A stretch of 64,000 bases of DNA from Epiperipatus broadwayi (Eukaryota; Animalia; Onychophora): positions 3,472,001 through 3,536,000 of the forward strand of contig JAQFVV010000003.1 in the NCBI GenBank assembly GCA_028023455.1, in the 5' to 3' direction. A program made the translations under genes and the position numbers. Below are positions 36,261-50,200 of the stretch, piece by piece. Position 1 is the stretch's first letter, and each line of letters opens with the position of its first letter. The notes beneath the pieces are model-generated. The model saw only the letters and a list, made by a program, of their open reading frames with translations, did no database searches and was not told where the DNA came from.

Positions 36261-39200
36261 TCTTCCCATCCAAGTAGTAAAGTTAGTAGTGTCTTCACCA
36301 CAGATGATTAGATGCTGTTTCAAGTTGAATTCAGTTTTGGCGGTTATAACTCTAAGAGTGATGAATCTCTTCCCATCACTTAGCAGTGCATGGTTATATG
36401 TGTCTATGTATAAGTAGTTGATCAGAGTCCTGGAGTTTGTTGCATAGCTAGATATTGACTATTGAGAATCTCAAGTCAAAGTCAGTACAACTATCTAACT
36501 AAAGATTGAAAATATTATTGAAGTATTGAATAAATTTAAAGCTATTTCTGGGATTTGTAATTTAAAATCCCTTAGTTTGTTGACTTCATGTTTTTATTTT
36601 AACTCTTATCCATCTTCAATAAAATATTTTCCTTTAAAGGTTTTACTTTGATGGCTGCAGACTTTTCTCTTCAAATGATAAGTTCAATTTGCTGCTTACA
36701 AGGTATATGTGTTGTTTAGTCAACAAGAGTTTTTGGCAAGATTTTTGAGAAGATCATTTGTATATATAATTTGATTCTTTTAAATAGTATATTTAAGTTA
36801 ATGCATTGAGTTGCTTATTTAAGTCATGTGCTAAGAATTATATATATACATGTTGGAATAATAATAAAAATTTGTTATTTCCTTCCTTTACATTTTTGTG
36901 ATTTTATCCCTTGCGTCTAAATTTGATCATCTCTTTTTTTATGTTGTAATGTGTGTATATTAAACATGATCTTTTTTCTTATATTGTTGTAATATGTGTA
37001 TATTAAACAATAGTTCAAGAAAGGTTTTTATAATGAAGGTAAGTATCAATATTTAAATTTTACAATTTAGTTTGGGTTATGTATTTTTTCACGTTTGTTT
37101 ATTTTTTTTTCATTTAAAAACAATAAAATATTTTCTCATCTAAAATGGTTGTGAACATTTTTATATTTCAGGAATATATTTTATTTGCGTAACATTCTTT
37201 TTATACATATGACTTATGTAACATTATATTTAGAGAATGTTGTTATTGTGGGTATTGGCACTGAAGTACATAAGGGTGTTATTATGCAAATGAAAGACCT
37301 GGCAGAAAGTATAATATTTAGTGTGATGATGAGAATGGACAGAAAACTGAAAATGATGATGACTATTAAAAGATATCAAGTTGATAACAAAAGATCTAAT
37401 GTAAATTGATTATGCATATAACTTTCACATTTCTTGATGGAAATTGATATTTCAAAATTATTGAGTATAAAAAACAGTGAAATATATTTTATTGCCATAT
37501 CAATTAAATAATTCAAATATATACATTTCTTGATAACATCTCATGTAAGGTGAATTAGTTGACAAACTGGCATTTAATTGCGCCTAATAATAAACAATCT
37601 GAGTTTGAATCTAGGAATAGGACATACATAACAATAATGAAGATAAAGCTTGAAATAGAATATGTGTTTTAATAGTGCACTATCAAATATACAAGTTTCA
37701 AAGAGATGTTAATCATCATTTAACAACATCAACACATGCTCAGGAAGAATCTAATGATCATTCCTATATATAGAAACAATTTTTTTTAATAATGTTAAAT
37801 AATGTATCAGTCCACCGGAGAGTGAGAACACATCTCATTATGATCAGACCTAACATCTTCTGGTAGGATGCTGTGAGTGATTTGATGAAGTTCCTAACCA
37901 ATGATTGTATATACCTCCAATGGGCTAGCTCTAAGTTTACACATTAAATTCAGATACAATTTAGGCTAGTTCATTCATACCTCATTCCTCTTTTGGATTC
38001 CATTATGCCACAGTATTCAAACTCAGGGAGAATGTTGCCTTCGGCTCTCTTCACAGGTGAATTTACTTTAGATAGTAACTACCACACCTCTATATAAGTT
38101 CCAGTTGAGTGAAGAATTCATCTAATCATATTACTATATTATGATGTAAAAAGAAAGCGTGTGTATATGCATGTATATCTGGTTATGAATTGATGAATGA
38201 ATGGATAAATAATTTTGATAAACTAGAGACCATTTTAATGAAAATCAAGTTAATAACATTTATTGACCAACAAAATAAAATACAAAACTCTTTTAACATG
38301 ATAAAAAAATTATGTATATGTTTGTATATGTCAAGTATGTATCTCTATCATATAAGCAATTAAATGTGTTTACTATTTCAACCTTTAACCATGGTAGATA
38401 TACATGATAAGGCACTATCTATTTATAAAGCAGATAAAATTAACAAAAAAAAAGAAAAAAATCATTAATTGATCAGTTCCATCTTCTTTTGGGATCCCCT
38501 AACTATGTACAAATTTCCTATGGTTGATAGAAAAGAACATCCACGAAAGAAGATTAGTCATTCATACCAAATAAACAACTATAAATGATCATTAGTTAAC
38601 AAAAAATAAATAAACAAAAATGAACTGTCCTGTAGCAAGTGTACGTTCTTAAAATAAAATAATATCAAATAAAATCTTACTTTATTCCATATCACTATGG
38701 AGGGAGAGCTGACCTAAACTTTATTTAACAAAAAAAAAAGATTGTCTAATTTAACAATCTCCCCCCCTACAGTGGACTCTTCCAAGTTGTAGATATTTAG
38801 GTTTTCAAGTACAGAAGTGAAATAAAAATAGAATTCTAGAAACATATATATATATAATACATAATAAATTAAAATTTTGCTCAAATCATCTTGATTAATG
38901 TCCAAGAATTTGGCAAATGTCTTTGATAGATACAGTCTATTGCTCTTTGGGTCATCCTTGTTCGGAAAGTCATGTATCATTCACAGTGACTCCTCAGTGA
39001 TTTGTTTGAAATGATGTTGTTTCTACCTTCTGTAGTTGCTTTCCTTCTGGATCCATCTAGACATTTAGGACAGAACCTTTTATGTTTCTTTAGGCATTAT
39101 ACAGATGAATATTAAATCATTGCGCTTCCTATGAACAGGAACAATAGCACTCCGGCCCTATGGCAATGTTAAATTAGCCAGAATATATTGCTCTGCAGTT

Positions 39201-40187
39201 CATAAAAGATTTAAATTTCTTTAATTCAGTATGTGGTATTTAATGGCTTTTATAAGAAAATAATTATTTCATCATTTATATATATAGTGATGTTCTATTT
39301 CTTTATTTTATCCATATTCAAATAATAGCACAGTTTTTATTCAAAATATCAATTTAAAATCAGTTGTTATTTTTATGCAACCGCACGAATGTATCAAAAC
39401 TTTTTTGTTTAAATATTGGCTATAGTTTTTATAATTTTGTGCTATGAAGATTAGACAAATAATTTGGAATGTTTGAATAAATCATCCGTATTCTCTTAGA
39501 TTTGAACATTCGATCTTTAGATGTTGGTGTTATACAGCTATTATATCATCTTACAAATAATAAAAGATGATGAAAATAAACTGGGTTTGCTTTTATACTG
39601 GGTTTAGTTTCCGTTGTTGGTATACTTGCATTTCTATTCCCTTTTCCATTGCTGTATGTGTCTATTGTTGAGTGAATTATATTGATTGTAAGTAAAAAAA
39701 ATAAAATTATGTAATAGAATGTTGCTTTCACCTTCTGCATTTGGTTACCTAGTGACTGGCTTGATATTAGGTCATCGTTATGTTTACTGAGTCTAAGTCT
39801 TGTATCATGGTGTAAAATACATTGTCATTTAATTCATTATTGGTACACACATATTTGTATGATTTCTTTAACTAAGGTTTTTATCATTTTATTAAATAAG
39901 GGAAATTAGTCTACTGTGAAATTTATTTAATATAGTATTTAATAAGATGTTTGTTGCATATATATATATATGTGTATGTTTGATCTATAAAATGGTAATG
40001 CATGTTCAACCACCTATTACTTAATCTTACATTTTAAATGAGTTTGATTTAGTGGTGTGAGTAAACAAAGGCTAGACTCAATCGGATTGTAAGCTACCCA
40101 TACAATACAAAAAACAAAATAATAATAATAATAATTACAATTGAAAAATAATCGAGAATTATTAAATAGCAAATTGTAAACAAATGT

Positions 40188-41367
40188 TTTATACAAAATT
40201 TTTACCAAGATAATTACAATTCATCTACAGAGAGCATTGGATTTCCATTAACCAAGAGAACAAGCTGGATTTAAAAGTGGTTTTAGTACAGTACATCATA
40301 TCCAGATATTAAGAGAAGTTATAGAAAGGACAAATGAAATGAGTTGCCATTACATTTTGGATTTGTAGATTATGAAAAAGCATTTGATTCTATAAACATT
40401 TCTACAGTGATTAAAGCATTGGATCATCAAGGTGTAGATCCAAGATATTGTCATATTTTAAAGAATATTTATAAAAATGCAATAGCAACAATTAGATTAC
40501 ATAATGACACTGGGAAAGTCAACATTGAGAAAGGTGTAAGACAGAGTGACTCCATATCTCCACTTTTTACAGTAGTGCTGCAAGAAGTATTTTGTGGATT
40601 AAAATGGGAAGCTAAAGGAGTGAAAGTAAATGGAGATTATTTAAGTCACTTACATTTTGCAGATGATGTAGCTGTTTTTGCAAATAATGCTTTAGAGCTG
40701 CAGGAAATGTTGCAGGTGTTATCAGATGAAAGTAGGAAAGTAGGATTAAAGATAAATGTTAAAAAGACTAAAGTAATGTTTAATGGATTTTCTCAAAATA
40801 TGAAAATAAAGATTGATTATGATGAGTTAGAAGAAGTTAACAGTTACAAATACCTTGGACAGATTATTAATACAGATGGAAACATAATGGATGAAGTAAA
40901 TCATAGAATTAAACTTTGTTGGAGTGCTTTTGGTAGAAATAACTTCATACTGAAAGGAAATATGCCTATGTATTTGAAAAGGAAGGTTTTTAATAAATGT
41001 GTTTTACCAGTTCTTACTTATGGATCTTAATAGAAGAGCAATATAGAGACTTCAGACTACTCAAAGAAATATGAAGAGATGCATGTTAGGGGTAACAAGA
41101 AGAGATGGGTAAGAGAACAACAGGTGTTACTGACATTGAAAAAAAATGAAAGGATTGAAGTGGAGTTGGGCTGGTCATATAGCTAAAAGAGATGATAATA
41201 GATGGACAATTGAAATCTTGAAGCTGGATTCCAAGAGATTGTAAAAGACCCAGAAAAAGTGCAGGGGTAATATGGAGAAGAGAAGCTAAAGATTGGAGAA
41301 GATAGATTGAACTTGGGGAGACCTTCATCCTGCAGTGGATTGATAATGGTTGATGATGATAATGATG
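40188..41367 (+). mobile_element. 5'-truncated RTE-clade LINE (different subfamily from 14980-18460) with 10-bp TSD
   Basis: RT motifs PREQAGFKSGFST, FVDYEKAFDS, GVRQSDSISP, HLHFADD, YKYLGQ, VLPVLTYGS; (TGA)n tail; TSD aaacaaatgt at 40178-40187 and 41368-41377. Confidence 0.9.
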
Positions 41368-43689
41368 AAACAAATGTGCATAATAAAAATATTTTAAAAT
41401 ATATACTTTTTTTTTTTTGTAAAAATATAAAAAAATAGTAGGACGCATCTTATTCATTTGACATAACTATATCCTGGAATTTCTAGAGAACTTTAAAAAT
41501 TTGTTCAGTTATAGACAGGATTAGGATTTTTGTTTCATAAAGCTAATCCATATCAATCCAATTAGTCAGACAGTATGTTAGTAAATCAGTTCCTAATTAT
41601 TATTAAGAAAATAAAGATCTCAGTTTAATTTAGATTGATTAGATGAATATACAGTATTGCATTAATTGTAAAAACAAAAATATAATTGTAATATGAGGCA
41701 GCTTTGACTTTTTGGGGAAAGAGATAGAAGCACTAAATCATGGTTCTCTTTATCTTTTTAAACAGAAGTATTGCACATATATAAATACACCTTCCCACAC
41801 ATATGCATTACTTTTAACTTCCTAACTTTTTCATTAAATATTATTTTTTCTGCATGTAATTTGTTTTTAATTAAAAAAACAAAAATCTTTATATATATTA
41901 ATAATTTTTAATTAAATTTCTAGCTTAAAACCAACAATTATGGAAATATATTTCAATTTTATCATTTTCAATATTTTCTCCCCCCCCCCCCCCGAAATAT
42001 CTAAGGCAATCAAATAAACGAATTAGGAAAAAAAAGAAATAATATAAAATCAGTTTAAATTATAATTTTTAAAATTATAAATGAAAACACAATACATTTA
42101 TACATAATTATCAACATAAATAAAAAGTGCATTTTGTCTCTTTAAAACTCATAAGATGTCTTAATCTATACTTTTCTTTACAAAATTTGTTTTATCTTTC
42201 AAAAATAAACTTTATTTACAATTAAAACACAATACATAAGTAAACAACGGTTACAGAGAATGCCTGATTAAGTATACAAGAATGTACAGATTGTAATATA
42301 CGATTTTAATGTAATAATTCATTACAACCATCCGGAGGTCAACACAATACAACAAATAAATACATAGATCATATCATTGAACAACAGAACATGGAAAAGA
42401 AATTAATTCAAATATTTTTCAATATAGCTTAAATACAGGAAGGCTTTAATATATATAAGAAACAGCAATCAACATTAAGTAAGTAAGCATAACATAAAAG
42501 GCCATAAGAAAATTTGTTTTATTTCACTGAATTTATATAAATAATACTGTATATAATTTATCAATGATTCAAACATTTTTATATGGTTATTGTCAAAATA
42601 TCTACACTATATAAAAATGAAAACATGAAACTACATTGTATATTATTAATCTATGTAAAAATAAAAAAAACAAAATGTTTATTTTTTATACATTAAAAAT
42701 AATATATACTTTTATCCCCCCCCCCCCTATTTTTAAATAGTAGATTTCCATTGGTATTTATAAACAATGAAGAGAGAATTAAAAATTTGAATATTAAAAA
42801 GAAAAAGCAACCATTAATTAAGAATGAAAGTATAATGATAAATATTTAAAAATTGGATTTCCATATATGAGTTTTAAACATAATCAAACACTACAGTTTG
42901 TAATTTTTTATAGAGTTTCAGAAGCAGCTATGAAGATTGTACATAAATTCTCTTTGATTTTTTTTTTTTTTTTTAATACATTTTAAGACAGAAAAACAAA
43001 CAAACAAAAAAAAAATTTAAAAAGTATATTATGATGTTTCATCGTTGATCATAAATTAGATAAAATAATAAAAATCACTATTCATTTTATGTAAATAATG
43101 CTGACAAAATGCTAATTAATATAGCTGTGATTAACATAAATTTGATTCCATTAACAATGATAAACTAAAAATGGCAAATAATTCATTAAAATATAAAAAT
43201 GAACAAATTTTGAAATAAATAACTTCACATAAACTTTTCAGGTACATATTAATGAATAGAATAAAAAAAAACAACATATCTTTGTATACTTCACTGTTTC
43301 AATTTTATGTTTAATTATAGAAATAATTTATGTTTCATTCACATTTTGCACAATTTTTGCTAGAAGAATTAGATTAGAACAAATAAGACTTAGAGCATCA
43401 CTTCTATTAACATTACTGGAATTAGTTTAGTATAATAATTTGCATAGATACATTCACAGAAGTTACTCAAGATGATAAGTTTTCTCAGAAAATATAATAC
43501 AATGTTTATAAAATATATTGATTTAACAAATTGTTTTAGTAGGACAACTTATATGTTTCTTAACATAAGATATTTAAAAGCTAGAAGTATTTTTGCTTAA
43601 GTATTCTGAGAATATTATAAATTTTAAATAAATTTGTTTTGCAGTAAGTAATGTTTAATAATTTGGAACACCTAAAAAAATTATTTTGA

Positions 43690-44900
43690 AGCAAGCCCAA
43701 GTTTTGTCATGTCATGGTTTATAATCCAGAAATTGACTGAATGTTTAATATCTTATTTCATCTAAAATTCAGTAGAGGGAAGAGTTTTGGTATTTCAATA
43801 TAGATAAATCAAAAGTAATGATGATTAATATTGGGAAAAGAGAAAACAGAGAATTTTTATTGGGTGATATAAAGTTAAATGTGGTTAATAGGTATAACTA
43901 TTTGGGAATCGTCTTAACTAATCAGAGAAATTTCTTGGATGAATAGGATATAATCAAAGAAAAGAAAGGGAGTTATAAAGAAATTAACAGTATTTTCATA
44001 TAATAAATATGATGTAGCTAGAATTGTATGAAAGGAAGTGGCAGTAGCAGGGTTAACACATGGTAACGATATGCTATGTGTTAGTAAAAGGGTGATAGAT
44101 TACTTAGAAAAAGTACAAAGAGAAGTAGGAAGACATGCATTAGATGCAGATGGGTGAATGACAAAGGAGGCAATTCAATAAGAAATGGGATGATCGAGTT
44201 TTTGTATAAGAGATGCAAAAAGCAAAATGAAAATGTTCTGTAGATTGTTATTTATGGATAATAAAAGAATAGTCAAAATAGTATTTAATTGGGTTATGAA
44301 TAAAGGGCAGGCAACAAAATGGGTGGGAAAGATAATATGGTATGTAGAAGATTTGGATAAAGAATTTATGTCAGTATATTTATACAAAAGGTGGGATGAT
44401 TGTGTTTGGAGGATTGTTGAGTGTTATAGTGGCCAAGAATGGGTTATAAGAATAGATGCATTAATAAAGAATAGGGAGTTGGAGGGCTGGAGAACTATCA
44501 TGGAGAATAAAAAGAGTTTAAATATATATAGAAGTAAATGGAATATTTGGTAATTTATGATAATAGCAAGAAAAGTAGTTTACTGTTTAAGACTCAAACA
44601 GGATCTTTAGCAATAAGGAATATATATATATATATACATAAATGGAAAAATGTAGTCTGCAATATAGAAAATATTAGGCATTTGTTAATTGAATGTGAAT
44701 GCCTGAAAGCAGACAGGGTACAAATAATGAAGTTGTGCAAGAATAAATATAAATGAAGTGATTATACAGAAAGTTGGTTATTGATTTTTATGCTGGGTTT
44801 GGGAAAAGATAAGGGGGATTTAGATATAAAGGCTATGGAGTTGACAAAGATTATGTTGTGGAAATGGGATGGAGCAGGATAGAGAAGAATATGGAAAAAA
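43690..44900 (+). mobile_element. Degenerate LINE ORF2, 3' part (RT C-half to CCHC finger)
   Basis: LKQ.Q.LS, YNYLGIVL, HALDA..MTKEAIQ.EMG, LLFKTQTGSL, C..ENIRHLLIEC; purine-rich sense strand. Confidence 0.75.
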
Positions 44901-44999
44901 CTTAAGGTGGGGATGAAAAGGGAAGGTAGAATGGTGAACAGGTTTCTCTGGGCATAACTCTGTATAATGAGAAGTGACAGAGTATTGCATCATCATACA

Positions 45000-47250
45000 T
45001 ATACTGTAAGATATATGTTTTCTGGAAATAGAGGATATGAAAAAGTGGAATGAGTGGATTTGGAAATGTTTATATAGGAATATAAATGAGTTTGAAAAAA
45101 TCATAATGAATGATCATAGTAATGAAATTGATGGAGGGGAGAATATAAATAGAGCATTATTAAAAAGGATGTGCAAGAAAGATGAATTGAAAATGGGCAA
45201 TTGAAGTAAAATATATAATGAGAAGTTTGCATGGTTGATGTTAGATGAGGAATTAGAAAAGATAAAAACAATTAAAGTATTTAATGAGGAAGAAAAAGAA
45301 TGTAGTAATGATTATAATTTTATGATATTAAAATTAATTATATGAAAGGCTAAGTAATAAAATGTAAAGAAACATTAATAGGGATGTATGGAAAATAAAC
45401 GAGTTTAAATTGAGTAGGTTTAATAGTATCTTGGAAACAATTATGAAAGACACTGATTTCAAAAATTATGATGAGTGGAAGGATATAGTGAAGAAGACTA
45501 AAATCAACAAGAATAGCCAGAGAAAATGGAAGAGGAAAAAACTTGTATTAAAAAAGAAGACAAATAGGGATTATACACAAAAGTTATTAAAAAGCAATTG
45601 AGAAAAAAGAAGCAGGATAGCTATTTTTAAGAAAAACTAAAATAATATTTAAAATAGAAATGAACAAACTTAATAAAAAGTTATCTGAAAAAAATAAAAA
45701 AAGTGGCAAGGAAAAATAATGAAAGGTTTTGGAAATATATGAAAAAGAGAAGAAAAAAATCCTATTATATTATTAAACGCAGAAGAAAAAGGATGGGAGG
45801 ATAGGGAAGAACTTGAAAAAATATTCAATAATTTGTAATAAAATGTTTGTATGAAGGGATATTAGTAAATGAATATGTTTCATTATAGAAATAAATTCAT
45901 GAGAATATGGACAGATTAACAGATATCGCATTGAAAAAACAATAACTAGATTAAAAAAGGAAAAAGGACTAGATGAGTAGAAAGCTAAAATGGTAATAGA
46001 TATGAGAATAAGTAAGGAAAGGTTTAAAAAAAGTTTTACCAAAATTATATATGATAATAAAATCTTATAAATGGAAGTGTGAGAATTAGATTATTATATA
46101 AAGGAAAGAGAAATGCCTTTAAGCTGTTACTAGTTATATATCAGTAGCAACAACTTCCACAGTTATAAAATATTTTTATTATATATTAATAGTACAGTTA
46201 AAATTTGGATGAAAGCTAATAATATCTTGGGGGAGATTCAGACTGGATTGTTCAGGGAGAAAAGAAGAAATAATCTATTCACTGCTACTCAATTATTTGA
46301 AATGTCTAGTAAGAAAAATAAACTATTATTTACTGCATTTTTGAATATAGAAAAAACATAAAAAATGGACAGATATAGAATGTGAGAAAGTCTTGAAAAT
46401 GTAGGAATAGACTTGGAACTAAGAATGATTAAAGATTTTTATGATTTCTTGATAAATACAAATTTGGTAATATAAAATCAATGAAAGTTAAATATAAAAT
46501 TTCAGTATCATAATTACTATTTATTTTATTTCTTAAAAAAAAAAAAGTGTAAGCTCAAAGGCAAATTAGGGATAAAAGTGGAGATTTTCCCAACCAATTC
46601 TCTTTTTTGTCAATAATATTACATTTTTTAAAAAATATTGTAAAGGATATGAAGTTGATATTTCAAAATGTGAAATAGAAAAAAGTATGAACTTTAAATT
46701 TAGTAAAAAAAATCTAAAATATAAATACTTGATAGGAAGGGTCAAAAAACTTAGAATTTTTTAGATATAATGCAAAAAAAAAATAGGTAAGCATGCATTA
46801 GATAATGAATTGTGGGCAATAAATGAGGCTATTCAAAGGGTAATGGATGGGTTTCTGTTTTTAATGAGAAAAATTAAAAACAAATTTTAAATGTTTGGAA
46901 GATTACAATATATGAATGGGAATAAATTAATTAAAAAAAAGATTTTATTTAGATTATGTAGACACGGCAACAAACACATTAGCAAAAACATTTTACAATA
47001 TGCAAAATTGATAGATAGACAATTTATTTCCATGTATTTATATAAAAGATGAAATGTGTCAAGAATGTATTACAGATATATAATTATAAGAGAAAGAAAT
47101 AGAGAATAAATAAGTTAGTTAGAGAAAAAAAGCTGGACTTAATGAAAATGAAAAAAAAGTTTGAATTATATAAGATTATATTTAATATGAACAGGTTTAT
47201 AGTAACATTTAATCAGTGTATGAAGAATATGAGAAATTTAATGTTAAGAG
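45000..47250 (+). mobile_element. Second degenerate copy of the same LINE family (EN end, RT N-half, internal deletion, 3' piece)
   Basis: GEIQTG...NNLFTATQL...FTAFLNIEK; 46790-46870 resembles 44130-44220 (catgcattagat...gaggc.attcaa). Confidence 0.65.
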
Positions 47251-50200
47251 AATGAAAGAGAGATTTTATGATTTTCTTTGTTTAGTCTTTATAATAATAA
47301 TAGGGAAAACAAGAAGAGAATAATGAAGTCCCTCAAGTAAGAGAAGAGAAAAAAAAATCAGTTCAGAAAAAAACCCAAAATGATTTGATAATAAAAATGG
47401 TTTCAGAGAAAAAAAATGTTTAACTTGGCTATGGCCTACAAATGAAACCTCTGCCTTAACCAAAGGAAAAACTATTTTATATCACATAGCACTAAAAGTT
47501 ATTCCACAAATTATTAAAAGAATTAATATCGTATCTCAAAAATATAAAATGATTTGATAAAATTATTGCCCTAATTAATACTTCTAACTTTTGGAAATTC
47601 TTTTTTGGAATTATTTATACCAAATAAATACAGTTTGGATTTACTTATCTAATGGAACATGTTAATCTCTAAATAACGAATAATTCACCATCACTATTGA
47701 ACTAGTTAATTTTATAACACTGATATTAACTTTCATTGAACTAAAATCCTGTTTTTGACATTATTAACTCTACAATCAATATTCCACCAAAGTATATTTT
47801 ATTAAAAAATAAAAATTTTAAAAATCAATATCCATATGTCATCTGCCTGAAAGCAGATAGAAATAAGTAAACTATGAGGTGCTACGAACTATCAATATTT
47901 CTTGACCATCATTGAAGCCATTTTGCAATTTGTCATCCCTTTAGCAAAATTTATTTTAGCATCTTAGTATTATAAGTACAACATAAAATTTTAATGAGCA
48001 CTTGATTTAAATAAAATTAAAGCATTTATTTATAACATGAAGTTAAACACAATACAAAAATAAATATTTAATTTTCAACATTAATGTGAAATTTGTTATT
48101 GTTTACATTTGGAAAAACATAGACAATTGAAAGAAAACATCACAAGACATTATTATTTAGAAAGTAATATCTATACTTAAATTATCCTTTCTCAGGATTG
48201 TTCCTGTTGAAAGTTACAAATTTTTAATACAATAATTTCAGTTTTACTGTTGAAATTGGAAGAATGTTTATTGTTATTAGAAATAATTCTTTATTAATTA
48301 TCCATCATTAAATGTTTTTCTTGTTTTAGTAAATAAATAGTACACCTTCAAAAAAGCAACAATTACAGAAATCCTATACTATTTTTTGCAAACAGTTTTT
48401 GTTACACTGAAAGACAACATTCTTCATTTTAAAGTAATATAATATTGAACTTTTAAAAAATTCTTAATCATATTTCTGTGTTATGTTCAGAAATGTCTCA
48501 ATTTCTATTCTTTGTAATTGCTCCAGATGATTTATATATTGAACAGTTTACATTTTCTATTAATCATGGTAAAAAAAAAAAAAATCATGAAAATGAGAGA
48601 TTTTAGATCTCTTTTAATTGACCATAATAGGACTTTAAAGAAATCATGTTCATTGCTTAAATAAAACAAATTAGAAAAAAAAGAAACAATTTAAGTGCAA
48701 ACATGAATTTTAAAAAATAGTTTAACATAACGTTGTTCTGAGTAGCTTTCAAATCTTGATTTCAGTATACAGTAATAAATATTTTAATGCTTTTTATTAA
48801 TAATGATTTTGTTTTGACTTGCTATGAGCTTGGATTTAAGTATAATAAATAAATATTTTACATTTATTTACAACTTTTAAAAAGAAAAATCATAATTGTG
48901 CATTATAACTTCCAATTTCAGCAGTGAAATCATGTTTATTTTAGACTTTAATAAATCTTCTGATGAAATTCTGCAAAGTACAGAATGAAACAAAAAATAT
49001 TTCCATAATTAAAATAATATTATGACAAAAAAAAAAAACTTGCAAAATGTTTATCCTTGCACAAGTTAATATTATGCATTAACTTTCAGAACATACTATG
49101 AAAAATGATTTGAATTAAAGATATTAAATATAAGCTTAAATTACAAAATTAAGAAATGTAGCATTAATAATATGGCATCAATGTTTTATTTAGAAAATAA
49201 ATAATGACATAATAAAATTTTAAAAAAGGTATGATTAAAATCATAAAAATAGTTTTAAAACACAATATATTAACAATTTATTATTCTCATTCCTATATTA
49301 TTAAAATTCAATCTATATATTAAAACCAATTTGTTATTATTCTCATTCCTATATTACTAAAATTCAATCTATTATCGATAACTGCAATATATAAACTACA
49401 AGAAATAGGATGAATAACTACTTTCTTAACTTTTATTTTAGGTTTTTATTTACTCCTGGTATTTCTCAGAAATGTCAATAATATCTTCATTTCTATTGTT
49501 ATCAATGTAGCAAAAAATTACCAATTCAAATAGTTTGAAATATATATTTCAAATATTGAACTTTTAAAAAAGAGTTTTCTGCATTGACATTACTTTAAAT
49601 TAAAAATTTGTTCTTTTATTATGAGTAGTAAGGTTAATACAATCTTCAATCTAGTCACTAAATTGATGGATGGTTATGTGCACTGATTTATTTGGATATA
49701 TAATTTATATATATATCATTAAATTATGAATGCAGTAGAATCTTAGCAAGATCTATTTAATTCTTTTATCTGATTTAAAACAATATTAATAGCATAAAAT
49801 TATTACTGGATACTCATAGATAATTAATTTCTGATAACTTTTGTGATAAAAGCTTCTTCATTTCTGATAGCTTTTAGTAAAAATATTGAGCATATACAGA
49901 TGCCAATTTGCTGCCCTGGAATGTTATTTGTGTGTGTGTTTTCTCTTTACTAATATAGAACTACTTCTTAACAGTCCAATTATTATAATTTTGTAAATGG
50001 TGATAATTGTTATGCAAGCATTTTGATGAAATATATTTTCTGAAGTTCCTAGTGATTCCAGCTCTATACTATTGAAAAAGATTTTATACTAATTTTGATA
50101 ACTGTAACTCAGTCTTGCTATATATATATATCCTCATATCGACATTTATTTTATCTATTTAATTTGCTTCTATATTATTTTTTTATTGCAAACTCCTTCC

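Noticed and set aside
37540-37620. tRNA gene or SINE heads (also ~32700-32750 and ~55440-55500)
   Set aside because: Only isolated B-box-like words, with no cloverleaf or tail.
38750-38775. LTR-retrotransposon polypurine tract (minus strand agggggggagattgtt)
   Set aside because: No integrase/RT remnants or paired LTR were found.
43690-46500. Circularly permuted LINE
   Set aside because: The second copy has its own 3' piece at 46790-47250, so two adjacent decayed copies explain it.
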